Positions 39,872-50,072 of a DNA stretch of 63,972 nucleotides are shown here, in pieces. The DNA lies in NCBI GenBank assembly GCA_945906765.1, contig CAMDRF010000003.1:1-63972 (forward strand), written 5' to 3'. This stretch comes from Nitrosovibrio sp. Nv4 (GTDB lineage Bacteria; Pseudomonadota; Gammaproteobacteria; Burkholderiales; SG8-39). The notes below the pieces were generated by a model. That model saw nothing but the letters and a program-made list of their open reading frames with translations, was not told the origin of the DNA and made no database searches. The position numbers were made by a program, and so were the translations under genes. Within the stretch, counting starts at the first letter, position 1. Each line of letters starts with the position of its first letter.

Positions 39872-41311
39872 ATGCCGCAACCGGTCTACCTGACGCAGGA
39901 CATCCGCCGCATCGAACAGGTCGCCGGCGCCGTCTCGCCCCCGTTGATGGAACGCGCCAGCGCCGCTGCGGCGGCGCTCGCGGCATCGTTGCTGCCGGAT
40001 ACCGGCAAGGACGTGCTGGTACTCGCGGGGCCGGGAAACAATGGCGGCGATGCAAAGATCGTCGCGCGGATTTTGCAAGAGAAGTTTTTAAGAGTTTCTG
40101 TCGCGACAAAAGCAGAAACAATTCCAAAGAACATCCGCTGGAACCTTGTGGTCGACGGCCTGTTCGGCATCGGACTCAGCCGTCCGATCGAGGGTGACTA
40201 CGCGACGCTGGTCGAATACGTGAATGCGCAAAGCTGCCCGGTACTCTCGCTCGATATTCCCAGCGGACTGAACTCGGACACCGGCCAGGTGCTCGGGCGA
40301 GCGGTGCGCGCCACGCACACGATCACTTTCATTGGCCTCAAACCCGGCCTGCTGACGCTCGACGGCCCGGACCATTGCGGGCAGGTTACCGTTGCCGATC
40401 TGTCGTTGAAGGATCTTCAGGCAAAGACCGGCAACGGCTGGATCGCCGGTCCGGCCCTGTTCCCGAACATCCTCAAGCCCCGGGCGCGGAATTTCCACAA
40501 AGGCATGGCAGGCTCGCTGGCGGTTGTCGGCGGCGCGGCAGGAATGGCCGGGGCCGCGCTGCTCGCGGCGCGCGCTGCGCTCAAGCTGGGCGCCGGCCGT
40601 GTGTATGCCGCCCTTCTGGAAGAACTTTCGTTCGATCCGGGCGCACCGGAACTGATGCTGCGCCATCCTGACGACGCGCTCGGGCTCGACCTCGATGCCA
40701 TCGTGATCGGACCGGGGCTGGGCCAGGGCGAGCGCGCTGAGACGTTGCTCGGCGCGGTACTGGCTAGCGACATTCCTTGTGTGCTGGACGCCGATGCGCT
40801 CAATCTCATCGCCGGCAACGAGGATCTGCGCAAGGCCTGCGCGCGCCGTACCGCTGATACCCTGCTGACGCCTCACCCGGCCGAGGCCGCACGATTGCTG
40901 GCACAGAAGACCTCAGACGTACAGGCGGATCGCCTGAGCGCGGCGCGCAACCTGTCGAACAATCTGAATGCACACGTCGTCCTGAAGGGCAACGGCAGCA
41001 TCATCGTGGCGCGCGATGGCCACTGGTTCATCAACACCTCGGGCAATCCCGGCATGGCCTCGGCCGGCATGGGCGACGTCCTCGCGGGATTCCTCGGCGC
41101 CCTGCTCGCGCAGAAATATTCAGGCGAGACCGCGCTGGTACTGGGAACGCATTTGCACGGCTGCGCTGCCGACGAATGCGTACGTGCCGGCGCGGGTCCG
41201 ATCGGCCTCACCGCCGGCGAACTGATCGATCCTGCCCGCTCGCTCTGGAACGCCTGGCTCAGGCCGCTCGCACCCGCGCCTTGGGCTCCGGGTAGGGATA
41301 GAGCATGTTGA
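39872..41311 (+). CDS. nnr: Bifunctional NAD(P)H-hydrate epimerase/dehydratase
   Basis: GPGNNGGD, DIPSG, LTPHPAEAARLL, GMGDVLAG. Confidence 0.93.
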   Translation: MPQPVYLTQDIRRIEQVAGAVSPPLMERASAAAAALAASLLPDTGKDVLVLAGPGNNGGDAKIVARILQEKFLRVSVATKAETIPKNIRWNLVVDGLFGIGLSRPIEGDYATLVEYVNAQSCPVLSLDIPSGLNSDTGQVLGRAVRATHTITFIGLKPGLLTLDGPDHCGQVTVADLSLKDLQAKTGNGWIAGPALFPNILKPRARNFHKGMAGSLAVVGGAAGMAGAALLAARAALKLGAGRVYAALLEELSFDPGAPELMLRHPDDALGLDLDAIVIGPGLGQGERAETLLGAVLASDIPCVLDADALNLIAGNEDLRKACARRTADTLLTPHPAEAARLLAQKTSDVQADRLSAARNLSNNLNAHVVLKGNGSIIVARDGHWFINTSGNPGMASAGMGDVLAGFLGALLAQKYSGETALVLGTHLHGCAADECVRAGAGPIGLTAGELIDPARSLWNAWLRPLAPAPWAPGRDRAC

Positions 41312-42746
41312 AGGCGATCGACTGCTGGTTGCCCTGCATGATGCGCACATGCTCGCGCTTGAGTTCGCGCGCGTGCCGCACGCCGCAGGAGTGGGCGATC
41401 ATGTCGATCTCGCGGTTCATGCCGTTGCAGTAGTTGGCGACGCGCAGGTACTTCTCCTCGACCACCAGGGCGCGCTGCAGGCGCTTGTTGTGCGTGGTGA
41501 CGCCGGTCGGGCAGGTGTTCTGGTGGCAGCGCAGCGCCTGGATGCAGCCAAGCGAGAACATGAAGCCGCGCGCGGTATTGACGAAATCCGCGCCCGCCGC
41601 CAGCGCCCAGGCGGCGCGCGCGGAGGTGACGATCTTGCCAGAGGCGATGACGCGTACGCGCTGCCTGAGGCCGGATTCGATCAGCGAATCCACCACCCGC
41701 GGCAGCGCCTCGTCGATCGACAGGCCCATGTGATCGGCAAGCGCCTGCGGTGCCGCGCCCGAGCCGCCCTCGCCGCCGTCGATGGCGAGAAAATCCGGTG
41801 CGAACTCCAGGCCCCGGCGGTTCACCGCCTCGGCCAGTTCATTCATGAAGCGCCAGCCGCCGATCGCCGTCTTGACCCCGACCGGCCGGCCCGTCAGGTC
41901 GCGGATGTACGCGACCTTGTCCAGCAGGTCATTCATGTTGGAAATGTCCCGGTGCCGGTTCGGGCTGATGGAGTCGCGCCCCTCCGGAATGCCGCGGATC
42001 TGCGCGATCTCGGCGGTGACCTTTTTTGCCGGAAGCACCCCGCCTTTGCCGGGCTTCGCGCCCTGGGACAGCTTGATCTCGAAGGCTTTCACCACCTTCG
42101 AAAGTTCGACCAGGCGCTCGGGACTGAGGTTGCCCTGCGCATCCCGCAGGCCGTACTTGGCGGTACCGATCTGCATGATGATGTCGCAGCCGCCTTCCAG
42201 GTGGTGGGGCGAGAGCCCGCCCTCGCCGGTGTCCATCCAGCACCCGGCCAGCGCCGCGCCGCGCGAGAGGGACCGTACCGCCGGCCCCGAAATCGCACCG
42301 AAGCTCATGCCGCTGACATTGACGATCGAGCGCGCTTCGAACGGGTTCTTTGCGAAACCCTCTCCCAGGGTGAGCGAAGGCGTCGGCAGGCGCTCCTCTT
42401 CCAGCACCGGGAAGGGGTGGTTGACGAAGATCAGCGCGCCCGACTGGTGCAGGTCGTAGGTCGAACCGAAGCCGATCACCCCGCCCTCGTTCTTCGCCAG
42501 GCGGTACACCCAGCCGCGCGTCGAGCGGTTGAAGGGCATTTCGTCGCGGTCGCCGGCGAAGAAATACTGGCGGAAGTACTCGCCCAACTGCTCGAAGAAG
42601 TAGCGCAGGTGCCCGATCACCGGGTAATTGCGCAGCACGCCATGCTTCTTCTGCGAGATGTCGGAAATGAACAGGAACGCGATTCCGATCAGCAGCGCGA
42701 ACCCGGCAAGCGTGCCGATGCCGTACGACAGGATGTCCATCACCAT
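41259..42746 (-). CDS. FMN-binding glutamate synthase family protein
   Basis: MSFGAIS, TGEGG, KLSQGAKPGKGG, GCIQALRCHQNTCPTG. Confidence 0.92.
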   Translation of the reverse strand: MVMDILSYGIGTLAGFALLIGIAFLFISDISQKKHGVLRNYPVIGHLRYFFEQLGEYFRQYFFAGDRDEMPFNRSTRGWVYRLAKNEGGVIGFGSTYDLHQSGALIFVNHPFPVLEEERLPTPSLTLGEGFAKNPFEARSIVNVSGMSFGAISGPAVRSLSRGAALAGCWMDTGEGGLSPHHLEGGCDIIMQIGTAKYGLRDAQGNLSPERLVELSKVVKAFEIKLSQGAKPGKGGVLPAKKVTAEIAQIRGIPEGRDSISPNRHRDISNMNDLLDKVAYIRDLTGRPVGVKTAIGGWRFMNELAEAVNRRGLEFAPDFLAIDGGEGGSGAAPQALADHMGLSIDEALPRVVDSLIESGLRQRVRVIASGKIVTSARAAWALAAGADFVNTARGFMFSLGCIQALRCHQNTCPTGVTTHNKRLQRALVVEEKYLRVANYCNGMNREIDMIAHSCGVRHARELKREHVRIMQGNQQSIAFNMLYPYPEPKARVRAA

Positions 42747-42831
42747 TGCCGTTCCCCCCTTCGAACGGCAATGATAGGCGAAAATACGGGTACTGCACGA
42801 GACACTCGCCTGCCACATTTATAATCGGGCG

Positions 42832-43944
42832 ATGGAAAATGCGCTGCTAGGGGGCTTGTCGCCACAGGTTTTTTTGCGCCGCCATTGGCAAAAACGTCCG
42901 CTTCTCGTGCGCGGCGCCCTGCCCGGATTCAGCGGCATGATCACAAAAAGTGCGCTATGCGAGCTCGCGGCACGCGATGACGTCGAATCCCGGATGGTGG
43001 AACGCAAGCGGGGTAAATATCACGTGGCCCACGGCCCTCTGGCGCGTTCACGCATGCCACGCGCGAGCATTGGCAACTGGACGCTGCTCGTCAATGGGGT
43101 GAATCACCACAACACGCAAGCCGAGCAACTGCTGCGGCGGTTCGCCTTCATACCGCAAGCCCGCCTGGACGACGTGATGGTGAGCTACGCGGCGCGCGGC
43201 GGCGGCGTCGGACCGCATTTCGATTCCTACGACGTTTTTCTCATCCAGGGCCCGGGGAGAAGGCGCTGGCGGCTGGCGCGGCGGCGCCCATTCGCGCTGG
43301 TGGCAAACGCGCCGCTCAAGCTGATTGCCGGATTCCACGCCGAAGAGGAAGTCGTTCTGGAACCGGGAGACCTGCTCTACCTGCCACCCGGCTGGGGGCA
43401 TGACGGGATCGCCCTCGATCCCTGTTTCACCTACTCCGTCGGTTTCAGGGCGCCGCGGGGCGGTGAGCTCGCCGCCGCGTTTCTCGATCACCTGCATGAG
43501 CGAGGCCTGCCGGACGCCGTTTACCGCGACCCGGGCCTTGCCCCCGCCATCCGGCCGGCACAGGTCGGACCGGAGCTGGCGGCTTTCGCCGACGCGCAGC
43601 TGGCTCGCATCCGATGGTCGCGCGGAGATGTGGCGGATTTTCTCGGCCGCTTTTTGAGCACGCCGAAGTCGAACGTGGTTTTCGAGCCGGCAAAGCGCAA
43701 ACTGCCGCGCGGCATAAGGAACACTACGGCAAGGCTCGACCCGAAAACGCAGCTGCTCTACCGGGGCGCACGTTTCTTCATCAATGGCGAAATCCTGGTG
43801 CCGCGCCCGGCGCAACGCAAGGTACTCGCCAGCCTTGCGGACCAGCGCTACGCCGCGGGGCGCGTGCTTGCCCGCGCCGGACTCGAGCGCTTAATCCTGC
43901 AATGGTACCAAGCTGGATTCCTGAAGCTTGACGCAATTCCGTGA
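42832..43944 (+). CDS. JmjC/cupin ribosomal oxygenase (YcfD/RoxA-like)
   Basis: RLDDVMVSYA, GVGPHFDSYDVFL, LYLPPGWGHDG. Confidence 0.9.
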   Translation: MENALLGGLSPQVFLRRHWQKRPLLVRGALPGFSGMITKSALCELAARDDVESRMVERKRGKYHVAHGPLARSRMPRASIGNWTLLVNGVNHHNTQAEQLLRRFAFIPQARLDDVMVSYAARGGGVGPHFDSYDVFLIQGPGRRRWRLARRRPFALVANAPLKLIAGFHAEEEVVLEPGDLLYLPPGWGHDGIALDPCFTYSVGFRAPRGGELAAAFLDHLHERGLPDAVYRDPGLAPAIRPAQVGPELAAFADAQLARIRWSRGDVADFLGRFLSTPKSNVVFEPAKRKLPRGIRNTTARLDPKTQLLYRGARFFINGEILVPRPAQRKVLASLADQRYAAGRVLARAGLERLILQWYQAGFLKLDAIP

Positions 43945-44438
43945 GCGAAGAAACGGCAAAATCCGAGTACCAGCGATTCGAGGGCGAGACGGAGTTCCAG
44001 CAGGCCGTGGACCGTTTTCTCGCGCAACCGGGGCGCGAACTGCGGCTGTTCGATCGCGACCTGAAATCCATGCGCCTGAACTCGCCCGAGCGTATCGCGC
44101 AGCTGGATAACTTCCTGCGCGGCAGCCGCACGCGCAGGATCTACATCGTGGTGCACCATACCGAACATCTGACCCGTCACTGCCCGCGCATGCTGGAGCT
44201 GCTCAAGCTGTTCAACCACGCCATCCAGATCAACCGCACGCACGAAGAGATCCGCAACCTGCAGGACGCGTTTCTGGTCCTCGATGCGCAGCATTACCTG
44301 CGCAGACCCGTAGCCGATTATTTCCGCGGCGCGATCGGCTTGCACGACGAGACCGAGGCACTGGCGATGCGCTCGCGCTTCCAGGAGATCTGGTCCGCGT
44401 CCTACCTGGGTGTTTCGAGTACCACAGTAGGCTTATAG
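43941..44438 (+). CDS. Conserved-looking hypothetical protein
   Basis: GTGA-coupled to the cupin gene; LRLFDRDL, CPRML, DAQHYLRR. Confidence 0.75.
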   Translation: MSEETAKSEYQRFEGETEFQQAVDRFLAQPGRELRLFDRDLKSMRLNSPERIAQLDNFLRGSRTRRIYIVVHHTEHLTRHCPRMLELLKLFNHAIQINRTHEEIRNLQDAFLVLDAQHYLRRPVADYFRGAIGLHDETEALAMRSRFQEIWSASYLGVSSTTVGL

Positions 44439-44513
44439 GCGCCTGGTTGGTATAATTGCTGCACAGCCACATTCCGGTTGTAACTCATTATTTTAAAATC
44501 AAAGGGATAGATT

Positions 44514-44723
44514 ATGAACAAAGCACTAGTCATCGCCGCTGCGGCCGCCATTGCGCTCACCGCCTGCGGCAAAGAAGAGCCGAAGAAGCCGGCCGCCCCC
44601 GTGGCTGCTCCAGCTGCTGCACCTGCTCCTGCCGCTGCTCCTGCCGCTGCTCCTGCCGCTGCTCCTGCGGCACCGGCAGAGGCAAAGAAGGACGAGCCAA
44701 AGAAAGAAGAACCGAAGAAGTAA
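44514..44723 (+). CDS. Small Ala/Pro-rich lipoprotein
   Basis: Lipobox LTAC; AAPA repeats; upstream TATAAT and downstream terminator. Confidence 0.88.
   Translation: MNKALVIAAAAAIALTACGKEEPKKPAAPVAAPAAAPAPAAAPAAAPAAAPAAPAEAKKDEPKKEEPKK
44622..44669 (+). repeat. 12-bp tandem repeat, about 4 copies
   Basis: (GCTGCTCCTGCC)n encoding AAPA. Confidence 0.85.
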
Positions 44724-44740
44724 ATTGGTTCCGGCACGCG

Positions 44741-44776
44741 AAACGGCGGTCCCGCGAGGGTCCGCCGTTTTTATTT
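44741..44776 (+). terminator. Intrinsic terminator, possibly bidirectional
   Basis: AAACGGCGGtCCC-GCGA-GGGtCCGCCGTTT followed by TTATTT. Confidence 0.85.
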
Positions 44777-44786
44777 CAACAGCCTG

Positions 44787-45566
44787 TCAGCGCAGCTCGC
44801 GCCAGGCGAAGCCCTCTTCCTGGGTGGACAGGCCGATCCAGTCGGGCGCGCAGCCCATCGCCCGCGCCAGCGCCTCGCGCGCCAGCTCCGGCCGGTTGTT
44901 CTGGTGCGACAGGTGCGCCGCGAACACGTGCTTCAGCCGCGAGCGGTCGAGCGCGCCGAGAAGCTGCTCGGCCTGCAGGTTCGAAAGATGGCCGAAGGGA
45001 CCGGTAATGCGTTCCTTCAGCCACTTCGGGTAGTCCCCGCCCCAGATCATGTCGACGTCGTGGTTGCATTCCAGGACCAGCGCATCGCAACCCGAGAGCG
45101 TCGCCTCGACATGCGCCGTGGTAGCGCCGATGTCGGTAAGCACACCCAGACGGGAGGCGCCATCCGACAGAACGAACTGCACCGGCTCGCGCGCGTCGTG
45201 CGGCACGGTGTAGGGCCGGACCTCCAGGTCGCCGATGGCAAACGCGTCGCGTCCGAGGATCGTTCGGGTATCAACATCGCCAGGAACCTTGCCCGACTCC
45301 GCCATCGCGACCTGGGTGCCGTGGGTGAGCCAGACCGGCAGGCGATGTTGCGCGGCGAAGGGATACGCCTGGCCGGCGTGGTCCTCATGCTCGTGAGTGA
45401 CCAGAATGCCGCTGATGTCCGACGGTGCGAGCCCGATGCGGGCAAGGCGGCGCTCGGTCTCGCGCGGCGACAGGCCGCAATCGAGCAGCACCCGCGTGCT
45501 GCCGGCTTCCGCGACCAGGCAGTTGCCCTTGGAACCGCTGCCGATAGAAGCGAAACGCAGCGTCAC
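44787..45566 (-). CDS. MBL-fold metallo-hydrolase (YycJ-like)
   Basis: GSGSKGN, THEHEDH, HDAREP, LECNHD, GHLSN. Confidence 0.92.
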   Translation of the reverse strand: MTLRFASIGSGSKGNCLVAEAGSTRVLLDCGLSPRETERRLARIGLAPSDISGILVTHEHEDHAGQAYPFAAQHRLPVWLTHGTQVAMAESGKVPGDVDTRTILGRDAFAIGDLEVRPYTVPHDAREPVQFVLSDGASRLGVLTDIGATTAHVEATLSGCDALVLECNHDVDMIWGGDYPKWLKERITGPFGHLSNLQAEQLLGALDRSRLKHVFAAHLSHQNNRPELAREALARAMGCAPDWIGLSTQEEGFAWRELR

Positions 45567-46717
45567 TTAAGCTGTTCGAAGAGCAGTGCGACGATACGCC
45601 GTGCGGTCTGCGTGTTGGCCTGGGCGCCATCCTTGGTCAGGATCTGCACCACGCTCTTGCCCCCAAACTGGCGGATATGAACTCGGTACTGCTCCGCCTT
45701 GACCATGGGATCATTTGATTTCCAGAACTGCAGTTTTGAGAGCAGGCCCTTTTCACCGTCCTTGCGCGCCATGTCGTTCGCATCCGTGTCGGCGTAGCGC
45801 ACGAAATACTGGCCCTTCTGGCGGTCGCGATCCTCGACCGTGAAGCCCACCCGGTCGAGCGCGAGGCCGACGCGGCGCCAGGCGCGGTCGAACGGCTCGA
45901 ACACTTCCAGGGTTTCGAAGCCGCCGATGCCTGTCTGCACCGCGGCGCGCGCTTGCGCCGGCGCGCTGGTGGCCACTAGCTGTTTGGCCTTCTCTTCCTG
46001 GGTGCCGAGACGGACCATGAGGCGGCGCAGGAACTCGGCTTCGAGCTCGGGGTCGGGCGCGCGCGGCTGCCAGATGGTGCTCTCGTTCCTCGAGTTGGTG
46101 AACACTTCAATCATGCCGCGGTGGCTTATGTAGATCTCGCTGCCGCCCTCGTCGTTGCGCTCCAGGCGGGTGCGGAACTTGTCGCGCTCGGCGCTCGAGT
46201 AGATCTGATCGATCAGCTTGCCCAGCGTGCTGCGCAGCCAATCCTGCGGGATCTTGGCGCGGTTCTCGGCCCAGTCGGTTTCCATCACGCCGGCTTCCGG
46301 GAGATTTACCGCAAGCAGGAAGCCGTTCTCCTGCCAGAAATCGCGCACCAGCGGCCAGACCTTCTCCGGCGGCTCGGCGATCACCAGCCAGCGCTGGCTG
46401 CCCGCACGGTCGACGCGCATCTTGTCGACCGCGGGCAGCACTCCAGTGGTGATGTTGCCGGTTTTTGCCTGCTGGGCGCGGTCTGCCTGGTAGCCCGAAA
46501 GCGTCGCCGTACTCTTGCCGGTATCCGGCACCACGTAACGGTTGTCGCGTGCTGGCGTGGTGAGATCAGGCGGAATTTCGAGCGTCGGCAGCTGCCCGGC
46601 CGACTTGTAATCGACTTTCGGACCTTCAAGCAGGCTGGTTGTCGTGCCGCAGGCTCCCAGTGCGGTCGCCAGGGCGATAGCGAGCGCGCCTTTTACCTTC
46701 GTGCGTGGAAACCTCAA
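45563..46717 (-). CDS. bamC: Outer membrane assembly lipoprotein BamC
   Basis: Lipobox [24 protein letters not shown]; downstream of dapA. Confidence 0.9.
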   Translation of the reverse strand: MRFPRTKVKGALAIALATALGACGTTTSLLEGPKVDYKSAGQLPTLEIPPDLTTPARDNRYVVPDTGKSTATLSGYQADRAQQAKTGNITTGVLPAVDKMRVDRAGSQRWLVIAEPPEKVWPLVRDFWQENGFLLAVNLPEAGVMETDWAENRAKIPQDWLRSTLGKLIDQIYSSAERDKFRTRLERNDEGGSEIYISHRGMIEVFTNSRNESTIWQPRAPDPELEAEFLRRLMVRLGTQEEKAKQLVATSAPAQARAAVQTGIGGFETLEVFEPFDRAWRRVGLALDRVGFTVEDRDRQKGQYFVRYADTDANDMARKDGEKGLLSKLQFWKSNDPMVKAEQYRVHIRQFGGKSVVQILTKDGAQANTQTARRIVALLFEQLK

Positions 46718-47619
46718 GCCCGTTTCTCCACCATGCGCAGCGGCAAGGCGACGCCGGCATCCGAGAGCGCCTCGCGCACCGTGTCGTAGTGGCGGTCCGT
46801 CAGCGGCGTCATCGGCAAGCGCAGGCCCGGCTCGATCATGCCCATCAGCCCGAGCGCCCACTTCACCGGGATCGGGTTCGCCTCGACAAACAGGCGCTGG
46901 TGCAGCGTCAGCAGGCGCAGGTTGATGTCGCGCGCCTTTTTCACGTCGCCCACCAGCGCGGCGGCGCACATTTCGTGCATCAGGCGCGGCGCGACATTGG
47001 CGGTGACCGAAATCACGCCGTGGCCGCCCAGCAGGATCAGCGCCAGCGCGGCGGAGTCGTCACCCGAGTAGATCGCGAAATTGCGCGGCGCGCGCTTGAT
47101 CAGGTCGGCGCCCCGCTCCATGTTCGCGGTCGCGTCCTTGATGCCGATGATGCCCGGCACTTCCGCCAACCGCAGCACCGTGTCGTTCAGCATGTCGGCG
47201 ACGGTGCGGACCGGCACGTTGTAGACGATCATCGGCAGGTCGACGCTCTCGGCGATCTTGCGGAAATGCCGGTACAGGCCTTCCTGCGTCGGCTTGTTGT
47301 AGTAAGGCACCACCGACAGACTCGCGGTCGCGCCGTTTTTCTTCGCTGAGGCGCTCAGTTCGATCGCCTCAGCGGTCGAATTGCCGCCGGTGCCGGCGAT
47401 GATCGGGATGCGGCCCTTGGCATGCTCGACGGCGACCCGGATCAGTTCCTTGTGCTCGTCGAAATCCACCGTTGGCGACTCACCCGTGGTGCCCACCACG
47501 ACAATGCCGTCGGTACCCTCGGCGATGTGCCAGTCGATCAGGCCCTTGAAGCGCGCAAGATCGAGCCGGCCATCTTCCAGCATCGGGGTGACGATTGCGA
47601 CCAGGCTGCCTGTAATCAT
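46714..47619 (-). CDS. dapA: 4-hydroxy-tetrahydrodipicolinate synthase
   Basis: GTTGES, PYYNKP, YNVP, GIKDA. Confidence 0.97.
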   Translation of the reverse strand: MITGSLVAIVTPMLEDGRLDLARFKGLIDWHIAEGTDGIVVVGTTGESPTVDFDEHKELIRVAVEHAKGRIPIIAGTGGNSTAEAIELSASAKKNGATASLSVVPYYNKPTQEGLYRHFRKIAESVDLPMIVYNVPVRTVADMLNDTVLRLAEVPGIIGIKDATANMERGADLIKRAPRNFAIYSGDDSAALALILLGGHGVISVTANVAPRLMHEMCAAALVGDVKKARDINLRLLTLHQRLFVEANPIPVKWALGLMGMIEPGLRLPMTPLTDRHYDTVREALSDAGVALPLRMVEKRA

Positions 47620-47667
47620 GTGCGCATCTCCGTCAAACACTCCATCCAAACCAGCAAGCTTTCCATT

Positions 47668-48177
47668 TTATCCCTTCCCTGCCCGAACGGCACAAAGCCT
47701 TTGAATCATTGCGGGTTTTGGCTCCGCCACCTCACCCTCTTCGAAGCCTTTGACGCTCAATCCCTTGAAACATTCCAGCAATTCCCCCGGCCGCAGCAGG
47801 AACCCGGGGTTGGAGGGCTTGCCGAAGCGTTCGTTCCCCAGCATGAAGGTTTCGTAGATCAGCACGCCGCCGTCCGCAAGGCAGTCCATCAACTGCCCCA
47901 TGAGAGGCCGGTAGAGGTAGTTCGTCACCACCACCGCCTCGAAGCGCTCGCCGGGGAACGGCCAGGGGCTGCCGTCTTCCAGATCCGCCCGTAAGAAACG
48001 CGCGCCCGGGATGACTTGGGCCTCGCGATCGACCGCCGCCACTTGCAGGTTTTTACTCAAAAAAAAGTTCGTGTGACGGCCGCTGCCGCAAGCCACATCG
48101 AGGATCGTGCCTCGCGTGATGAGCGGCGCCCATCGGACTACCCACGGAGACGGCGCGAGGGGGCCGTGTTCCATCAA
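47668..48177 (-). CDS. Class I SAM-dependent methyltransferase
   Basis: LDVACGSGRH, VTNYLYRP, YETF. Confidence 0.88.
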   Translation of the reverse strand: MMEHGPLAPSPWVVRWAPLITRGTILDVACGSGRHTNFFLSKNLQVAAVDREAQVIPGARFLRADLEDGSPWPFPGERFEAVVVTNYLYRPLMGQLMDCLADGGVLIYETFMLGNERFGKPSNPGFLLRPGELLECFKGLSVKGFEEGEVAEPKPAMIQRLCAVRAGKG

Positions 48178-48683
48178 TCTAGTAGCGGCGGCGCGTCACG
48201 GAGGAACACCGGCAGGTCCGTCGTCGGAGGACGGGTGGGCACCAGGTGGAAGAAGTCGGCGACGAAGCCGCGGTGGTAGGTGGTGTGGTTGGTGATGTGG
48301 AGCAGGATCTCGCCGCGGGTCATGGCGCCCTGCCCCCCACCGACGAAAGTGAAGTGCACTGTTTCCGCCAGCGCGGCGTCGGTCAGCGCGTCGCTCCAGG
48401 CGATGTACCACCCATCGATTTCCTGCTGCGCGTGCCAGAGTTCGGCTAGCGGCGGATGGTCGGGCGTGTTGCGCGCGGTGTAGCCGTGCTCGCATCCTTC
48501 GAGATGCGCCTGGAAGATGCGGTCGATGACGTAGTTATGGTTCAGTGTGTGGACCATGTTCTTGAATATCGATTGCCGCGGCTTGATCGCCTCGCCATCG
48601 GGCAAACCGGCGACGGCATCGAAGATCAGCTTGTTGGCCCAGGCGTTGTAGCGCGCGAGCGTGCGGGCGTCGCGGCGGTTCAT
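48174..48683 (-). CDS. DinB family protein
   Basis: YNAWAN, TLNH, HITNHTTYHRG. Confidence 0.9.
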   Translation of the reverse strand: MNRRDARTLARYNAWANKLIFDAVAGLPDGEAIKPRQSIFKNMVHTLNHNYVIDRIFQAHLEGCEHGYTARNTPDHPPLAELWHAQQEIDGWYIAWSDALTDAALAETVHFTFVGGGQGAMTRGEILLHITNHTTYHRGFVADFFHLVPTRPPTTDLPVFLRDAPPLLD

Positions 48684-48832
48684 TTGATCAACGCCGCGCA
48701 GAAAGACAAAATGTCACCGAACGAAACCAGCATCTCGGGGCGCAGGTAGGCGGAGAACGCGACAGCGGTGACGAAAGCCAGCAGCACGACGCCGGCTGCC
48801 GTCCACCAGAATCGCTTCTTTGCCGCTTGCAT
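48680..48832 (-). CDS. 50-aa membrane microprotein (not in the ORF track)
   Basis: MQAAKKRFWWTAAGVVLLAFVTAVAFSAYLRPEMLVSFGDILSFCAALIK; TGATG and ATGA overlaps with both neighbours. Confidence 0.75.
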   Translation of the reverse strand: MQAAKKRFWWTAAGVVLLAFVTAVAFSAYLRPEMLVSFGDILSFCAALIK

Positions 48833-50043
48833 CACGCCGCCGCTGGGACTGCCTTGCGCTGGTCGAGCGGGGTTTCGTTGACCGGCAGGTTGATGAGCGC
48901 GGCGAAGACGCTCAGTCCGATGGAAGCCAGAAAAGCGCCTTGGTACGAGCCGGTAGTGTCATAGAGGTGGCCGGCGAGCCAGACGCCGAAGAAACTGCCG
49001 ATCTGGTGGCCGAAGAACACGATCGAGGCGAGCATGGCCGCGTAGCGCATGCCGAAGATCTGCCCGACAAGGCCGTTGGTGAGCGGCACGGTTCCGAGCC
49101 ACAACAGGCCGATGCCGCAGGCGAAGGTGTAAAGGACTACCGGCGTCAGCGGGAGGAACACCAGCATCGAAATCAGGACACCGCGGATGGCGTAGATGCC
49201 GGAGAGCAGGTATTTCTTGCTGACGCGGCCGCCGAGGTAGCCGGCGCCAAGCGTGCCGACGATATTGAACAGGCCGATCAGCGCCAGCGCCGTCATGCCG
49301 TGCTCCACCTTGAGTCCCGAGTCGGTGACGAAAGACGGCAGGTGCACGGTGAGCATCGCGATATGAAAACCGCACACGAAGTAGCCCCAGAACAGCATGT
49401 GGAAGCCCTTCTCGCGTATGGCTTCGTGCAGCGCCTCGCCTATCGATTGCGGCGTCCCCGCGGTGGCGGCCGGCTTGCCGGCGAGCGGGATCGCGAGCGG
49501 CATCACCAGCGCGACAACCCCGGCAAGTACGAAAAGTGCCGCGTGCCAGCCATAGCTCGCAATGAGGAATTGGGTGACTGGCAAAAGCGCGAATTGACCG
49601 AACGAACCCGCGGAAGTGGCGATGCCCATCGCAAAGCTGCGCTTCTCCGGCGCAACGGTCCGGCCGATGATGGCGAGAATGATGCCGAACGATGCGCCGC
49701 CAAGCGCCATGCCCAGGAGCAGCCCGCAGTTGAGATACATGCCGACCGGCGAACTGATGACCGACATGCCGATCAGCCCGAGGATGTAGCAGACCGCTGC
49801 GCCGGCGATCACGCGTCCCGGGCCGTAGCGATCCGCCACGCCGCCCGCCACCGCTCCGAGAGCGCCCCAGGCCAGGTTTTGAAACGCCATGGAGAGCGAA
49901 AACACTTCCCTGCCCCAACCGTACTCCGTGCTCATCGGCTGCAGGAACAGGCCGAAGCCCGCTCGCACGCCGAAAGTAATCGTCATGATGATGCAGCCGC
50001 ACGCGAGGATGAGCGCCGGAGTCCGCCAAGCTTGGTGGTTCAT
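48832..50043 (-). CDS. MFS transporter
   Basis: GGVADRYG motif A, about 12 TM, GYFVCGFH. Confidence 0.92.
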   Translation of the reverse strand: MNHQAWRTPALILACGCIIMTITFGVRAGFGLFLQPMSTEYGWGREVFSLSMAFQNLAWGALGAVAGGVADRYGPGRVIAGAAVCYILGLIGMSVISSPVGMYLNCGLLLGMALGGASFGIILAIIGRTVAPEKRSFAMGIATSAGSFGQFALLPVTQFLIASYGWHAALFVLAGVVALVMPLAIPLAGKPAATAGTPQSIGEALHEAIREKGFHMLFWGYFVCGFHIAMLTVHLPSFVTDSGLKVEHGMTALALIGLFNIVGTLGAGYLGGRVSKKYLLSGIYAIRGVLISMLVFLPLTPVVLYTFACGIGLLWLGTVPLTNGLVGQIFGMRYAAMLASIVFFGHQIGSFFGVWLAGHLYDTTGSYQGAFLASIGLSVFAALINLPVNETPLDQRKAVPAAA

Positions 50044-50072
50044 GTGCGCAGTCTAGACGAGAAGCAAAACCC

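Noticed and set aside
44622-44669. 12-bp tandem repeat as a phase-variation switch
   Set aside because: Unit is a multiple of three and encodes a low-complexity linker.
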